Positions 9,100 through 17,768 of a DNA stretch of 64,000 nt are shown in pieces. Origin of the DNA: a virus (Duplodnaviria; Caudoviricetes); the IMG/VR virus record IMGVR_UViG_3300002092_001784, positions 32,001-96,000 of that record; one strand, written 5' to 3'. The position numbers and the translations under genes were made by a program. Position 1 is the stretch's first letter. The number at the start of each line of letters is the position of its first letter. A model generated the notes under the pieces. That model made no database searches. It worked only from the letters and a program-made list of their open reading frames with translations, and had not been told where the DNA came from.

Positions 9100-10491
9100 A
9101 TGGCTCAATTGGATACATTAGAGAAATATGGTCATAGTTTTCAAGCAAAGGTATTAAGTGCTTTGCTCACCGATGCCAAATTGCTGGACACACTCGAAGA
9201 TATTGTTCATAAAAAGTTCTTTGAATCTGAAGTAAATAAATGGATAGTTGAGAGGATTAAAGAATATTACGAACAGTACAGAAAACCACCAACACTTGAT
9301 GTATTTAAGGTTGAGCTTGAGAAAGAACAAAATCCAACTCTTAAAAAAACAGTAGTAGAACAACTGAGAGTAATATATACTCAAATAGGGCAAGATGACT
9401 TACAATATGTAAAGGATGAATTTTCAGCATTTTGTATAAATCAAAACTTAAAGGAGGCTATAATACAATCCGTTGATTTACTAAAAGCTGGTAATTACGA
9501 TAAGATAAAGGACTTGGTTGACCGTGCTATGAAGGTGGGTAATGAACTACATTTAGGGCATGATTATATTAAGGATTATCTACTTCGAATTAATGAAGCC
9601 GATAGAAATACGGTAAGTACCGGTTGGGATGCTATTGATGAACTGATGGATGGTGGATTGGGGCCGGGAGAATTGGCAGTAATCGTAGCACCGTCTGGAG
9701 TTGGGAAAACTTGGGCATTGGTTGCATTAGGTGCGGCAGCGGTTAGAGCAGGTAAGAGTGTTGTTCATTATAGTTTGGAATTATCTGAGTATTATGTGGC
9801 TCAACGATATGATACGGTTTTTACACATATTCCATCTGCCGAATTGAAAGATAAAACAGATGAGGTGTATAGTAAAATACAAAAGTTATCGGGTAATCTG
9901 TTAATAGAGTATCTTGCCCCAAAAAGTGTATCATCGAAAAAGATACAGATGCATATTGAGCAGATGATAGCAGCCGGAAACAGACCGGATTTAATCATCA
10001 TAGATTACGCAGATTTACTTCTTTCACATTCCAATAAATCAGAAAGTACCTACGGAGAGCAAGGTGGTGTTTATATTGATTTGAGAGGTATGGGTGGTGA
10101 ATTGGGTATACCAATTTGGACGGCATCTCAAACCAATCGTTCTGGTATCGATAGTGAAATTATTGAAGCTGATAAGATTGCGGACAGTTATGCTAAAGTA
10201 ATGAACGCTGACTTTATTATGAGTATTAGTAGAAAGGCAAATGATAAATTGAATAATACTGCTCGTATTCATATAATGAAAAACAGATTCGGTCCTGATG
10301 GTCTTACATATCCATCAAAAATGGATACTAATAAAGGAATATTGGAAGTGTACGACTCCGCTTCAGCTGATGGTATGCTTGCACAAAAAGAAAGCAAAAA
10401 TGGGGTTGAAATGGAACGACAACTATTACATAAAAAATATGTAGAGGTTATGCCTTCCAAAACAGCACCACGTGTTGATGGCATGGGATAA
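9100..10491 (+). CDS. dnaB: replicative DNA helicase (DnaB/gp41-like)
   Basis: APSGVGKT Walker A; IIIDYADLL; WTASQTNR; KNRFG. Confidence 0.92.
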   Translation: MAQLDTLEKYGHSFQAKVLSALLTDAKLLDTLEDIVHKKFFESEVNKWIVERIKEYYEQYRKPPTLDVFKVELEKEQNPTLKKTVVEQLRVIYTQIGQDDLQYVKDEFSAFCINQNLKEAIIQSVDLLKAGNYDKIKDLVDRAMKVGNELHLGHDYIKDYLLRINEADRNTVSTGWDAIDELMDGGLGPGELAVIVAPSGVGKTWALVALGAAAVRAGKSVVHYSLELSEYYVAQRYDTVFTHIPSAELKDKTDEVYSKIQKLSGNLLIEYLAPKSVSSKKIQMHIEQMIAAGNRPDLIIIDYADLLLSHSNKSESTYGEQGGVYIDLRGMGGELGIPIWTASQTNRSGIDSEIIEADKIADSYAKVMNADFIMSISRKANDKLNNTARIHIMKNRFGPDGLTYPSKMDTNKGILEVYDSASADGMLAQKESKNGVEMERQLLHKKYVEVMPSKTAPRVDGMG

Positions 10492-10601
10492 TTGATATAC
10501 TTACTATTTATATTTAATGTATATAGTTGGATTGAATATCAATCCTTAAAAAATATTTTTACATAATGTAAAAATCAAGTTAAATTAAAAAAATAAAGAT
10601 T

Positions 10602-10778
10602 ATGGAAACAACAGAAAGTCAAAAATTATTTGAGCAGATTACAGCGTTATTTACGGAGTTCGAACGGGCTCATAACTCAACCAAAAAAGTTGATAAAGCA
10701 AAAGCCAGAAAGGCAATTGGTTCTATTAAAAAATTAGTAACCGATTATAATAAAGCATCCGTAGCAGAAAATAAGTAA
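10602..10778 (+). CDS. histone H1-like Hc1-family small basic protein (58 aa, not in the ORF track)
   Basis: My translation METTESQKLFEQITALFTEFERAHNSTKKVDKAKARKAIGSIKKLVTDYNKASVAENK resembles the Hc1 core KAAxxRARKAxxxxxKLxxxYRKxSV. Confidence 0.65.
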   Translation: METTESQKLFEQITALFTEFERAHNSTKKVDKAKARKAIGSIKKLVTDYNKASVAENK

Positions 10779-10810
10779 CACAGTATCGTTATTTGTGGTA
10801 AATGTTAAAA

Positions 10811-10901
10811 TTTCGAGAAAATCCCAGTTTCTACTCAAAAAATGAGTAGTTTTATGATTCGACATGATATTTATGTTAGTATTTTGGGATTTTCTCGGAA
10901 T
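10811..10901 (+). promoter_or_regulatory. structured inverted-repeat element upstream of RNR containing an ATATTTAT box (10867-10874)
   Basis: 13-bp perfect arms CGAGAAAATCCCA/TGGGATTTTCTCG enclosing two small hairpins. Confidence 0.6.
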
Positions 10902-10937
10902 ATTTTTTTTACCACAAAACTAAAAAATTTACACATT

Positions 10938-12794
10938 ATGGACATTTCAACGCAAATTTTATCGGATGTGACCGTGTATATGAAGTACGCGAAATACAAA
11001 CCGGAGTTACAAAGAAGAGAAACATGGGAAGAGTTGGTTACCCGAAATATGGAGATGCATATTAAAAAATATCCAAATTTAGAACAAGAAATTAGAGAGA
11101 ACTATAAATACGTTTACAATAAAAAAGTTCTACCGTCAATGAGGTCGATGCAATTTGCAGGAAAACCTATTGAAATATCCCCAAATCGAATTTACAATTG
11201 CGCATTTGCTCCGATAGATGATTGGAGAGTATTCTCAGAAATTATGTTCCTATTGTTAGGTGGTACTGGGGTTGGGTATTCAGTTCAAAAACACCACGTA
11301 GAACAATTACCTGAAATCCGTAAGCCATCGATAGAAAAGACACGTAGATTTTTAATAGGTGATAGTATTGAAGGTTGGGCAGATGCAATATCGGTATTGA
11401 TTAAAGCATATTTCTTCGGAGGATCGAAACCTGTATTTGATTTTAGAGATATTCGTGTTAAAGGCGCAAGATTAGTTACTTCTGGTGGTAAGGCTCCCGG
11501 TCCTCAACCGTTAAAAGAATGTTTGATTAAAATCGAAGGTATTTTAGAATCCAAAAAGAATGGTGATAAACTTAAACCGATTGAAGTACATGATATTGTT
11601 TGTCACATTGCAGATGCAGTATTGGCAGGTGGTATTCGTAGAGCAGCATTGATTTCTTTATTTAGTGCAGATGATCAGGAAATGATTTCATGTAAATCTG
11701 GAGATTGGTGGGAACAAAACCCACAAAGAGGTAGAGCAAACAATTCAGCAGCACTGGTTAGGCATCGTATTACCAAAGAGTTCTTTATGGAACTATGGCA
11801 ACGTATTGAAGCAAGTGGCGCAGGTGAGCCGGGAATTTATCTTACAAATGATAAAGATTGGGGAACTAATCCTTGTGCCGAAATTTCATTAAGACCATTC
11901 CAATTTTGTAATCTATGTGAAGTAAACGTATCTGATGTTGAAACGCAAGAAGATTATAACAACAGAGTTAAAGCAGCAACATTTATCGGTACACTACAAG
12001 CTGGATATACTGATTTTCATTATCTACGTGATATTTGGAAACGTACAACTGAAAAAGACGCCTTAATTGGTGTTTCGATGACAGGTATTGGTAGTGGGGC
12101 AGTTCTAAAATTAGATATGAAGGCCGCAGCAAAAGCAGTAAAAGATGAAAATGCAAGAGTTGCAGAAATTTTGGGTATCAATAAGGCCGCAAGATTATCA
12201 ACTGTTAAACCCGCCGGAACAACTTCATTGGCATTGGGAACATCTTCTGGTGTGCATGCTTGGCACAATGATTATTACAAACGTAGAGTAAGGGTGGGTA
12301 AAAATGAATCAATCTATCATTATTTGGCGGTTAATCACCCAGAATTGGTTGAAGATGAATACTTCCGTCCACATGATACAGCAGTTATCACAATTCCACA
12401 AAAAGCACCAGAGGGAGCAATATTGAGAACTGAAAGTCCTTTCCAACTATTAGAACGTATAAAAAGAATACACGGTGAATGGATTAAACCCGGTCATAGA
12501 ACTGGTAGTAATTCACATAATGTATCGGCTACGGTATCGGTTAGGTCACATGAGTGGAAAGCAGTTGGTGAATGGATGTGGGAGAATCGGGATCATTACA
12601 ACGGTCTTTCGGTATTACCATTTTCAGACCACAGTTATAAACAAGCTCCTTTTGAGGATTGTACCAAAGAAGAATACGATGAATTGGTGAAATCTTTGAA
12701 AAATATCGATTTATCTCAAATAGTAGAGATTGAAGATTTAACTGATTTGAGTGGAGAAATTGCCTGTGGCGCTGATGGATGTGAGGTAAAATGA
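10938..12794 (+). CDS. nrdJ: class II (adenosylcobalamin-dependent) ribonucleotide reductase, monomeric type
   Basis: LPSMRSM, IYNCAF, GTNPCAEI, TVKPAGTTS, C-terminal CGADGC; start refined to ATG 10938. Confidence 0.92.
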   Translation: MDISTQILSDVTVYMKYAKYKPELQRRETWEELVTRNMEMHIKKYPNLEQEIRENYKYVYNKKVLPSMRSMQFAGKPIEISPNRIYNCAFAPIDDWRVFSEIMFLLLGGTGVGYSVQKHHVEQLPEIRKPSIEKTRRFLIGDSIEGWADAISVLIKAYFFGGSKPVFDFRDIRVKGARLVTSGGKAPGPQPLKECLIKIEGILESKKNGDKLKPIEVHDIVCHIADAVLAGGIRRAALISLFSADDQEMISCKSGDWWEQNPQRGRANNSAALVRHRITKEFFMELWQRIEASGAGEPGIYLTNDKDWGTNPCAEISLRPFQFCNLCEVNVSDVETQEDYNNRVKAATFIGTLQAGYTDFHYLRDIWKRTTEKDALIGVSMTGIGSGAVLKLDMKAAAKAVKDENARVAEILGINKAARLSTVKPAGTTSLALGTSSGVHAWHNDYYKRRVRVGKNESIYHYLAVNHPELVEDEYFRPHDTAVITIPQKAPEGAILRTESPFQLLERIKRIHGEWIKPGHRTGSNSHNVSATVSVRSHEWKAVGEWMWENRDHYNGLSVLPFSDHSYKQAPFEDCTKEEYDELVKSLKNIDLSQIVEIEDLTDLSGEIACGADGCEVK

Positions 12795-12801
12795 AAATGA
12801 T

Positions 12802-13002
12802 ATGATTAAAGTATGGGGATATCCGGGGGTTTCGTTTGAGAGCCCCCGTTGGGCGGAAGAGGATGAAAATCCAAGAGTTGAAACCGGTGATTGGGTAGTT
12901 TGTGATGGGGTATTGGTACAATATGATGATAATTTTTATCAGAAAATGCCTAATTACGGTTCAATGGTTAAAGTTAAAAAACCAAATTGGAAACACATAT
13001 AA
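12802..13002 (+). CDS. hypothetical protein
   Basis: 66 aa ORF filling the gap between nrdJ and thioredoxin. Confidence 0.5.
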   Translation: MIKVWGYPGVSFESPRWAEEDENPRVETGDWVVCDGVLVQYDDNFYQKMPNYGSMVKVKKPNWKHI

Positions 13003-13006
13003 AATT

Positions 13007-13267
13007 ATGGTAACAGTAAAGAAATTTTCAGCAAGTTGGTGTGCCCCATGTAGGGTTTTAGCACCAATAATACAACAAGTAAAATCAGAAGTATCAGGTG
13101 TTCATTTTATGGATATTGATGTGGATGATAATCAAGAAATAACAGCAAAGTACGGAGTTCGTTCTGTACCTGTTGTTGTGATTGAAAAAGATGGAACTGA
13201 AGTTGCACGATTTGCAGGAGTTCAATCTAAATTGGCATACGTGAACGCAATTAATGCGGTTCTGTAA
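13007..13267 (+). CDS. trxA: thioredoxin
   Basis: FSASWCAPC active site, cis-Pro RSVP; start refined to ATG 13007. Confidence 0.92.
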   Translation: MVTVKKFSASWCAPCRVLAPIIQQVKSEVSGVHFMDIDVDDNQEITAKYGVRSVPVVVIEKDGTEVARFAGVQSKLAYVNAINAVL

Positions 13268-13289
13268 ACAAACTTAAAGGTTATACCAA

Positions 13290-13493
13290 ATGGGAGTGTT
13301 AAGAGGTGAGTCTCATCCGTCAGCAAAGTTGACGGATGAGCAGGTTTTGCAAATAAGAAAGTTATGGAATATGGGGCATCGAAACCTAAAAGTGATTGCC
13401 CGTAATAATCATGTATCGCCTGCAAATATTATGAAGATTATCCATTTCAAAACTTGGACACATCTAAATGAATTTTGGTCTGGAAGTTTATAA
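13290..13493 (+). CDS. small helix-turn-helix DNA-binding protein (NUMOD-like)
   Basis: RGESHPSAKLTDEQVLQIR motif typical of endonuclease-associated HTH domains. Confidence 0.6.
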   Translation: MGVLRGESHPSAKLTDEQVLQIRKLWNMGHRNLKVIARNNHVSPANIMKIIHFKTWTHLNEFWSGSL

Positions 13494-13508
13494 GTTATAA
13501 AAAATAAT

Positions 13509-13547
13509 ATGAGTTACAAAGGACAAATAAAATTAATGTTTTTGTAA
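13509..13547 (+). pseudogene. orphaned original 5' end of the MTase gene (MSYKGQIKLMFL*)
   Basis: 27/32 nt identical to 14190-14221 (MNYKGQIKLI). Confidence 0.7.
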
Positions 13548-13554
13548 TTTCCTT

Positions 13555-13562
13555 ATATTTAT
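13555..13562 (+). promoter_or_regulatory. ATATTTAT putative phage promoter box
   Basis: Upstream of the HNH gene. Confidence 0.5.
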
Positions 13563-13603
13563 TTATGAAACAGTTTATATACTTTTAATTTTATAAATAA
13601 TAT

Positions 13604-14227
13604 ATGGAAACCGATAAACGCAAATTGTACAATCAAAGCTGGGAAAACCTAAAACTAGGACCAATTGGTGCATCTGAAAAGGCTAAAATCAATGGTATAT
13701 ATAAAAATTGTTTGAATTGTAACAAAGAATTTAGAGTATCACATTCTACCAGCAAAAAGAAATTTTGTAGTAAAGAATGTAAAGCAATAGGTCAATCATC
13801 TGGATTAACTGCACCAATGAGGTATGGAACAGGTAGAACAGCCATTCAAAAAATTATAGCTAATAAATATAATAGATATGTTTCGAAAGATGGTAATATC
13901 GGAATAAGTCGAACTGATTTTATTAAACTGATAGAAAGTGGAGAATGTTATTATTGTGGGTCTACCGTAACTGAAACTTTAGGATTTGATAGAATAGATA
14001 ATACAAAAGGTCATATAATTGGTAATGTCCTTATTTGCTGTGAGTTGTGTAATACAACAAAAGGGCATCGCTATTCAGTCGAACAAATGAAACAGTTGGG
14101 AAATTTAATAAAAACATTTAATTTGGATGGCTGGAGAACAATGGGTGAGTTACAATTGACAAAAATGAAAAAAACAAACGAAACGTTATATGAATTACAA
14201 AGGACAGATAAAACTGATATTGGGTGA
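13604..14227 (+). mobile_element. free-standing HNH-type homing endonuclease gene
   Basis: N-terminal CxxC..FCSxxC zinc finger; CYYCG...GFDRIDN..GH..GNV..CC..CN HNH-like core; flanked by duplicated MTase starts. Confidence 0.8.
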
Positions 14228-15587
14228 TTGTTTAGATAAGCTAAAAGAATTAGATGACAATTCCGTAGATAGTATCGTTACAGACCCACCATATGGATTG
14301 TCAGCAGCCAAAAATAGTGGTAACTCTTCGAAAGGTGGCTTTATGGGAAAATTGTGGGATTATGATGTCCCAACACAGGCCATTTGGGAGGAATGTCTAC
14401 GTGTATTAAAACCCGGAGGTCACCTATTGGCATTTGCAGGTAGTAGAACTTATCACCGAATGGCAGTTAGAATTGAAGATGCTGGGTTTGAAATCCGAGA
14501 TCAGATAATGTGGATATATGGAAGTGGATTTCCTAAGTCTATGGATATATCAAAACAGATTGATAAAAAGGCAGGAGTAGAAAGAGAAGTTATTGGACAA
14601 AAAATTAGAGGAAGTGTTGATTTGGCAAAACAATCTGGATCAACCTACGCCGTAGCAGATGCTAACAAGAATAATAAAGCTATATTTGGATATGGTGTGG
14701 AAAATTTAACTAAACCCGCAACCGATGGCGCAAAGAAATGGGAAGGTTGGGGTACTGCTCTTAAACCGGCACACGAACCAATAGTAATGGCACGCAAACC
14801 GATAGAAGAAAATACTGTTGCTGATAATGTACTAAAGTACGGAACTGGTGGTATAAATATAGATGGGTGTCGTGTTGAAACTGATGATAAATTAGATGGT
14901 GGCGCTACAAATGGTTCTGTATTGGATATTGATGGATTTGACAGACCGTGGATGCATGATGATGAAAAGATGATTGAGTTTCAACAAAAAATGCAAGATA
15001 AGGTCGAACATGCACAGAATTTAGGTAGGTTTCCCGCTAATGTTATTTTGGATGATGTTGCGGGCGAAATAATGGATGAACAAAGTGGTGTTACAAAAAG
15101 TGGAAAAATAAAGGAAGATAAATCGGCATATGATGGAGAATCAACCACTGGATTTTTAAGAGGTGTTAGTAATAGTACCAATCAGCATGGAGATACCGGC
15201 GGAGCATCTCGATTCTTCTATTGCCCAAAAGTATCAAAATCCGAAAGAAACGAAGGATTGGGTGGATTTGAACTAACTTCGGTTGAACCAAAACAAAACT
15301 TTCATCCTACCGTGAAACCAACAGACCTAATGGCATATTTGATTAGATTAGTGACACAACGTGGTGGTATCGTTTTAGACCCATTTATGGGTAGTGGTAG
15401 TACTGGTAAGGCAGCGGTGCGTGAAGGTATGAATTTTATTGGAATTGAAATGGAGCAGGATTATTTTGAACTTGCTGAAGCTAGGATTGATTGGGAAACT
15501 GAAAATCCGATGAAACCGAATAAAAAGAAATCAAATCCATTACTACCAACACCAACAAATAACACAGTTGAAACCGATTATTGGTAA
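14190..15587 (+). CDS. DNA N4-cytosine/N6-adenine methyltransferase (beta class)
   Basis: DSIVTDPPY motif IV; HPTVKP; VLDPFMGSGSTG motif I. Confidence 0.92.
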   Translation: MNYKGQIKLILGDCLDKLKELDDNSVDSIVTDPPYGLSAAKNSGNSSKGGFMGKLWDYDVPTQAIWEECLRVLKPGGHLLAFAGSRTYHRMAVRIEDAGFEIRDQIMWIYGSGFPKSMDISKQIDKKAGVEREVIGQKIRGSVDLAKQSGSTYAVADANKNNKAIFGYGVENLTKPATDGAKKWEGWGTALKPAHEPIVMARKPIEENTVADNVLKYGTGGINIDGCRVETDDKLDGGATNGSVLDIDGFDRPWMHDDEKMIEFQQKMQDKVEHAQNLGRFPANVILDDVAGEIMDEQSGVTKSGKIKEDKSAYDGESTTGFLRGVSNSTNQHGDTGGASRFFYCPKVSKSERNEGLGGFELTSVEPKQNFHPTVKPTDLMAYLIRLVTQRGGIVLDPFMGSGSTGKAAVREGMNFIGIEMEQDYFELAEARIDWETENPMKPNKKKSNPLLPTPTNNTVETDYW

Positions 15588-15591
15588 TTAA

Positions 15592-15623
15592 TTTGGTAAT
15601 GTGAAATATTTTTTGTATATTTG
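15592..15623 (+). promoter_or_regulatory. Bacteroidota sigma-70-type promoter
   Basis: TTTG-N20-TATATTTG. Confidence 0.75.
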
Positions 15624-15638
15624 AATAAATTATACAAT

Positions 15639-15935
15639 ATGGCAAAACAAGCTGATAACAGTAAAGACAAGTATGAATTAATTTTTGAAGATGAACAAGC
15701 CGTTTCCATTTGGAAATATGATCTGTCCAAAACTAAAGGTGGACCAATATCAGTAGAGTACAAATGGAAGGCCAGTTTCTTGAAAGAAGTAGAAGCAATT
15801 CGGAAAGCAGAAAGAGATGCTAAGAAAACGAAAAAATCAACTTTAGAGTTGGCAAGAGAAGCTAAGAAAAAGAAATCATCCGCAGAAAAAAAGCAAGAAA
15901 AGAAAGATAAATTTGACAAAAAGTTTTGGGCATGA
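15639..15935 (+). CDS. hypothetical protein with lysine-rich C-terminus
   Basis: ATG 15639 downstream of the promoter; ATGA-coupled to the next gene. Confidence 0.65.
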   Translation: MAKQADNSKDKYELIFEDEQAVSIWKYDLSKTKGGPISVEYKWKASFLKEVEAIRKAERDAKKTKKSTLELAREAKKKKSSAEKKQEKKDKFDKKFWA

Positions 15936-16732
15936 GAGAAGATGGTAAGAATTATTGTGATGTTTCAAAAGTGTATATTGCTCCAATAGCCAAAAACATT
16001 GCCAAAGATATTATTGTACAAAAGCATTACACACATGCGTGGACAGCATGCCGATACGCATTGGGTATTTACTATAAAGCAGAAGATTCATATACTTTTG
16101 GTGGTGATAAATTGATAGGGTGTCTTATTTACGGATTTCCTGTTGGAGTTCAAGCAGCAACTTCGATTTGTGAAGGACTTAGTAAGGATAATGCATTAGA
16201 ATTAACCCGTTTATATTGTGATGATGGTTATGGCTCAAATATTGAATCATACGCAATCGGACAATCATTCAAATGGCTGAAAGAAAATGATAAAAACATC
16301 AAACTACTTTTATCATATGCAGATGCAGGACAAGAACATTTAGGTGGTATCTATCAGGCTACCAACTGGATATATCAGGGAACATCAGCAGATATAGCAT
16401 TAATGCCTAATTGGAGAATATCATTACACAATGACCCATATGATTGGATTCACAGTAGGACTGTATTCTCAATGTGGGGTAGTGGTAATTTAGACCACCT
16501 AAAAAGGGAGATCGGTAAGCAAGGGTATAAAGAGTTCTGGCGAAAAATGGAATCGCCTAAACACCGTTATATTCAAATACTTGCGCAAGATAAAAAAGAA
16601 AAGAAGGAATTGATGAAGAAACTCAAACACGAAATCAAACCTTATCCAAAGAGTACCGATGAATTTAATACTGAAATAGTTCATCATTTAACAACATACG
16701 AAGTGCCTGCTGGGGCTGAAAACTTTTGGTAA
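15932..16732 (+). CDS. Mom-like GNAT-fold DNA modification protein
   Basis: KHY...GFP...LELTRL...NIES..I..SF..LK...LLSYAD..Q.H.G.IYQATNWIYQG pattern. Confidence 0.75.
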   Translation: MREDGKNYCDVSKVYIAPIAKNIAKDIIVQKHYTHAWTACRYALGIYYKAEDSYTFGGDKLIGCLIYGFPVGVQAATSICEGLSKDNALELTRLYCDDGYGSNIESYAIGQSFKWLKENDKNIKLLLSYADAGQEHLGGIYQATNWIYQGTSADIALMPNWRISLHNDPYDWIHSRTVFSMWGSGNLDHLKREIGKQGYKEFWRKMESPKHRYIQILAQDKKEKKELMKKLKHEIKPYPKSTDEFNTEIVHHLTTYEVPAGAENFW

Positions 16733-16735
16733 CAT

Positions 16736-16791
16736 TTAACATTAACTTAACATTAAAAGTTTGGAAAGTCAAAATAAATGTTGTATATTTG
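16736..16791 (+). promoter_or_regulatory. extended promoter: TTAACA direct repeats plus TTTG-N20-TATATTTG
   Basis: TTAACATTAACTTAACATTAAAAGTTTGGAAAG; same layout as 53267, 57619 and 57729. Confidence 0.75.
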
Positions 16792-16812
16792 AATATAATC
16801 ATTGGGAGTTAT

Positions 16813-17739
16813 ATGGATCATGAATTTTTAAGATTAAGTTACGAAGAACAACAACGATATGTTAATATGGTGGCTGGCTATCTACTGAGCGCTATAAAGC
16901 GTAGTGCAAAGGGTGCAAAAGATAAAGATCGAACTTCTGGTCGAATGGATGCTTTGGCCATTACAATTACATTAGATGATTTAAAAAATAAATTATGGAA
17001 ATCAAATTGCTGTTGTTCCATTACTAGAAAGCCGTTTCCAATTGTAGATAGTTCTGTATATTTTTCGAAGTCCAAGGCACGTTCAATTGGAAACTGTGGG
17101 TTAGAATCTCCATCGGCAGACCGAATTGATTCGGCTGGATTTTATTCAAACGAAAATGTTCAGATAACATATAGGTCAATAAATCTATTAAAATCAACGT
17201 ATTCCAACGAAGAAACAAATACTCATTTATTAAAAATAAACACAAACCCTATGAACGTAAATCAGTTAAAAACAAACACAAATCGTATGAATCATCCAGA
17301 AGTTTTAAGAGAATTGGTATTAACTTTACCATTTGAACAACAAACCCAAGTCATAACTTTAATCGGTCGAAATGATATTGAAAACGCTGATTTTGTGAAT
17401 GGTATGAAAAAGTTGTTTGGTTATATTGGTGTGAATGTAAATCGAATTACTTCGAATGTAACCAATACACATATTAAAAAGTATAAATCAAAAGATGTAA
17501 AACCGATTGTCCGATATATGGAAGACAACTCCAAATTAATATCTAATATTGATAATTCTTATATTAATGTTTCCAAATTACATGTGGGGAAGAACGGTAC
17601 TGATAAATACAGATTGGCATCATCAAAAATAGGTAATCTGATTATGGAAAATAAACCACAACTATTCAAAATTTGGGCAACTAACAATAAATTTGATTTT
17701 TTAATCAAAAAATCAGATTATGATATTTTAATTGGCTGA
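16813..17739 (+). CDS. HNH-like nuclease domain protein with unknown C-terminal half
   Basis: CCSIT...SPSADRIDSAGFYSNENVQITYRSINLLK; start refined to ATG 16813 after the promoter. Confidence 0.6.
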   Translation: MDHEFLRLSYEEQQRYVNMVAGYLLSAIKRSAKGAKDKDRTSGRMDALAITITLDDLKNKLWKSNCCCSITRKPFPIVDSSVYFSKSKARSIGNCGLESPSADRIDSAGFYSNENVQITYRSINLLKSTYSNEETNTHLLKINTNPMNVNQLKTNTNRMNHPEVLRELVLTLPFEQQTQVITLIGRNDIENADFVNGMKKLFGYIGVNVNRITSNVTNTHIKKYKSKDVKPIVRYMEDNSKLISNIDNSYINVSKLHVGKNGTDKYRLASSKIGNLIMENKPQLFKIWATNNKFDFLIKKSDYDILIG

Positions 17740-17768
17740 TACTAAACTAAAACAATTATGAAATATTG

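Noticed and set aside
10811-10937. Cobalamin riboswitch or NrdR boxes upstream of the B12-dependent RNR
   Set aside because: No conserved B12-box or GGGAA core recognised; the palindrome ACATGATATTTATGT only loosely resembles an NrdR box. Kept only as an unexplained structured element.
10842-10937. N-terminal extensions given by the ORF track for nrdJ (and similarly 12902, 16726, 26883)
   Set aside because: They run through promoter or hairpin sequence; downstream ATGs with A-rich leaders give canonical N-termini.
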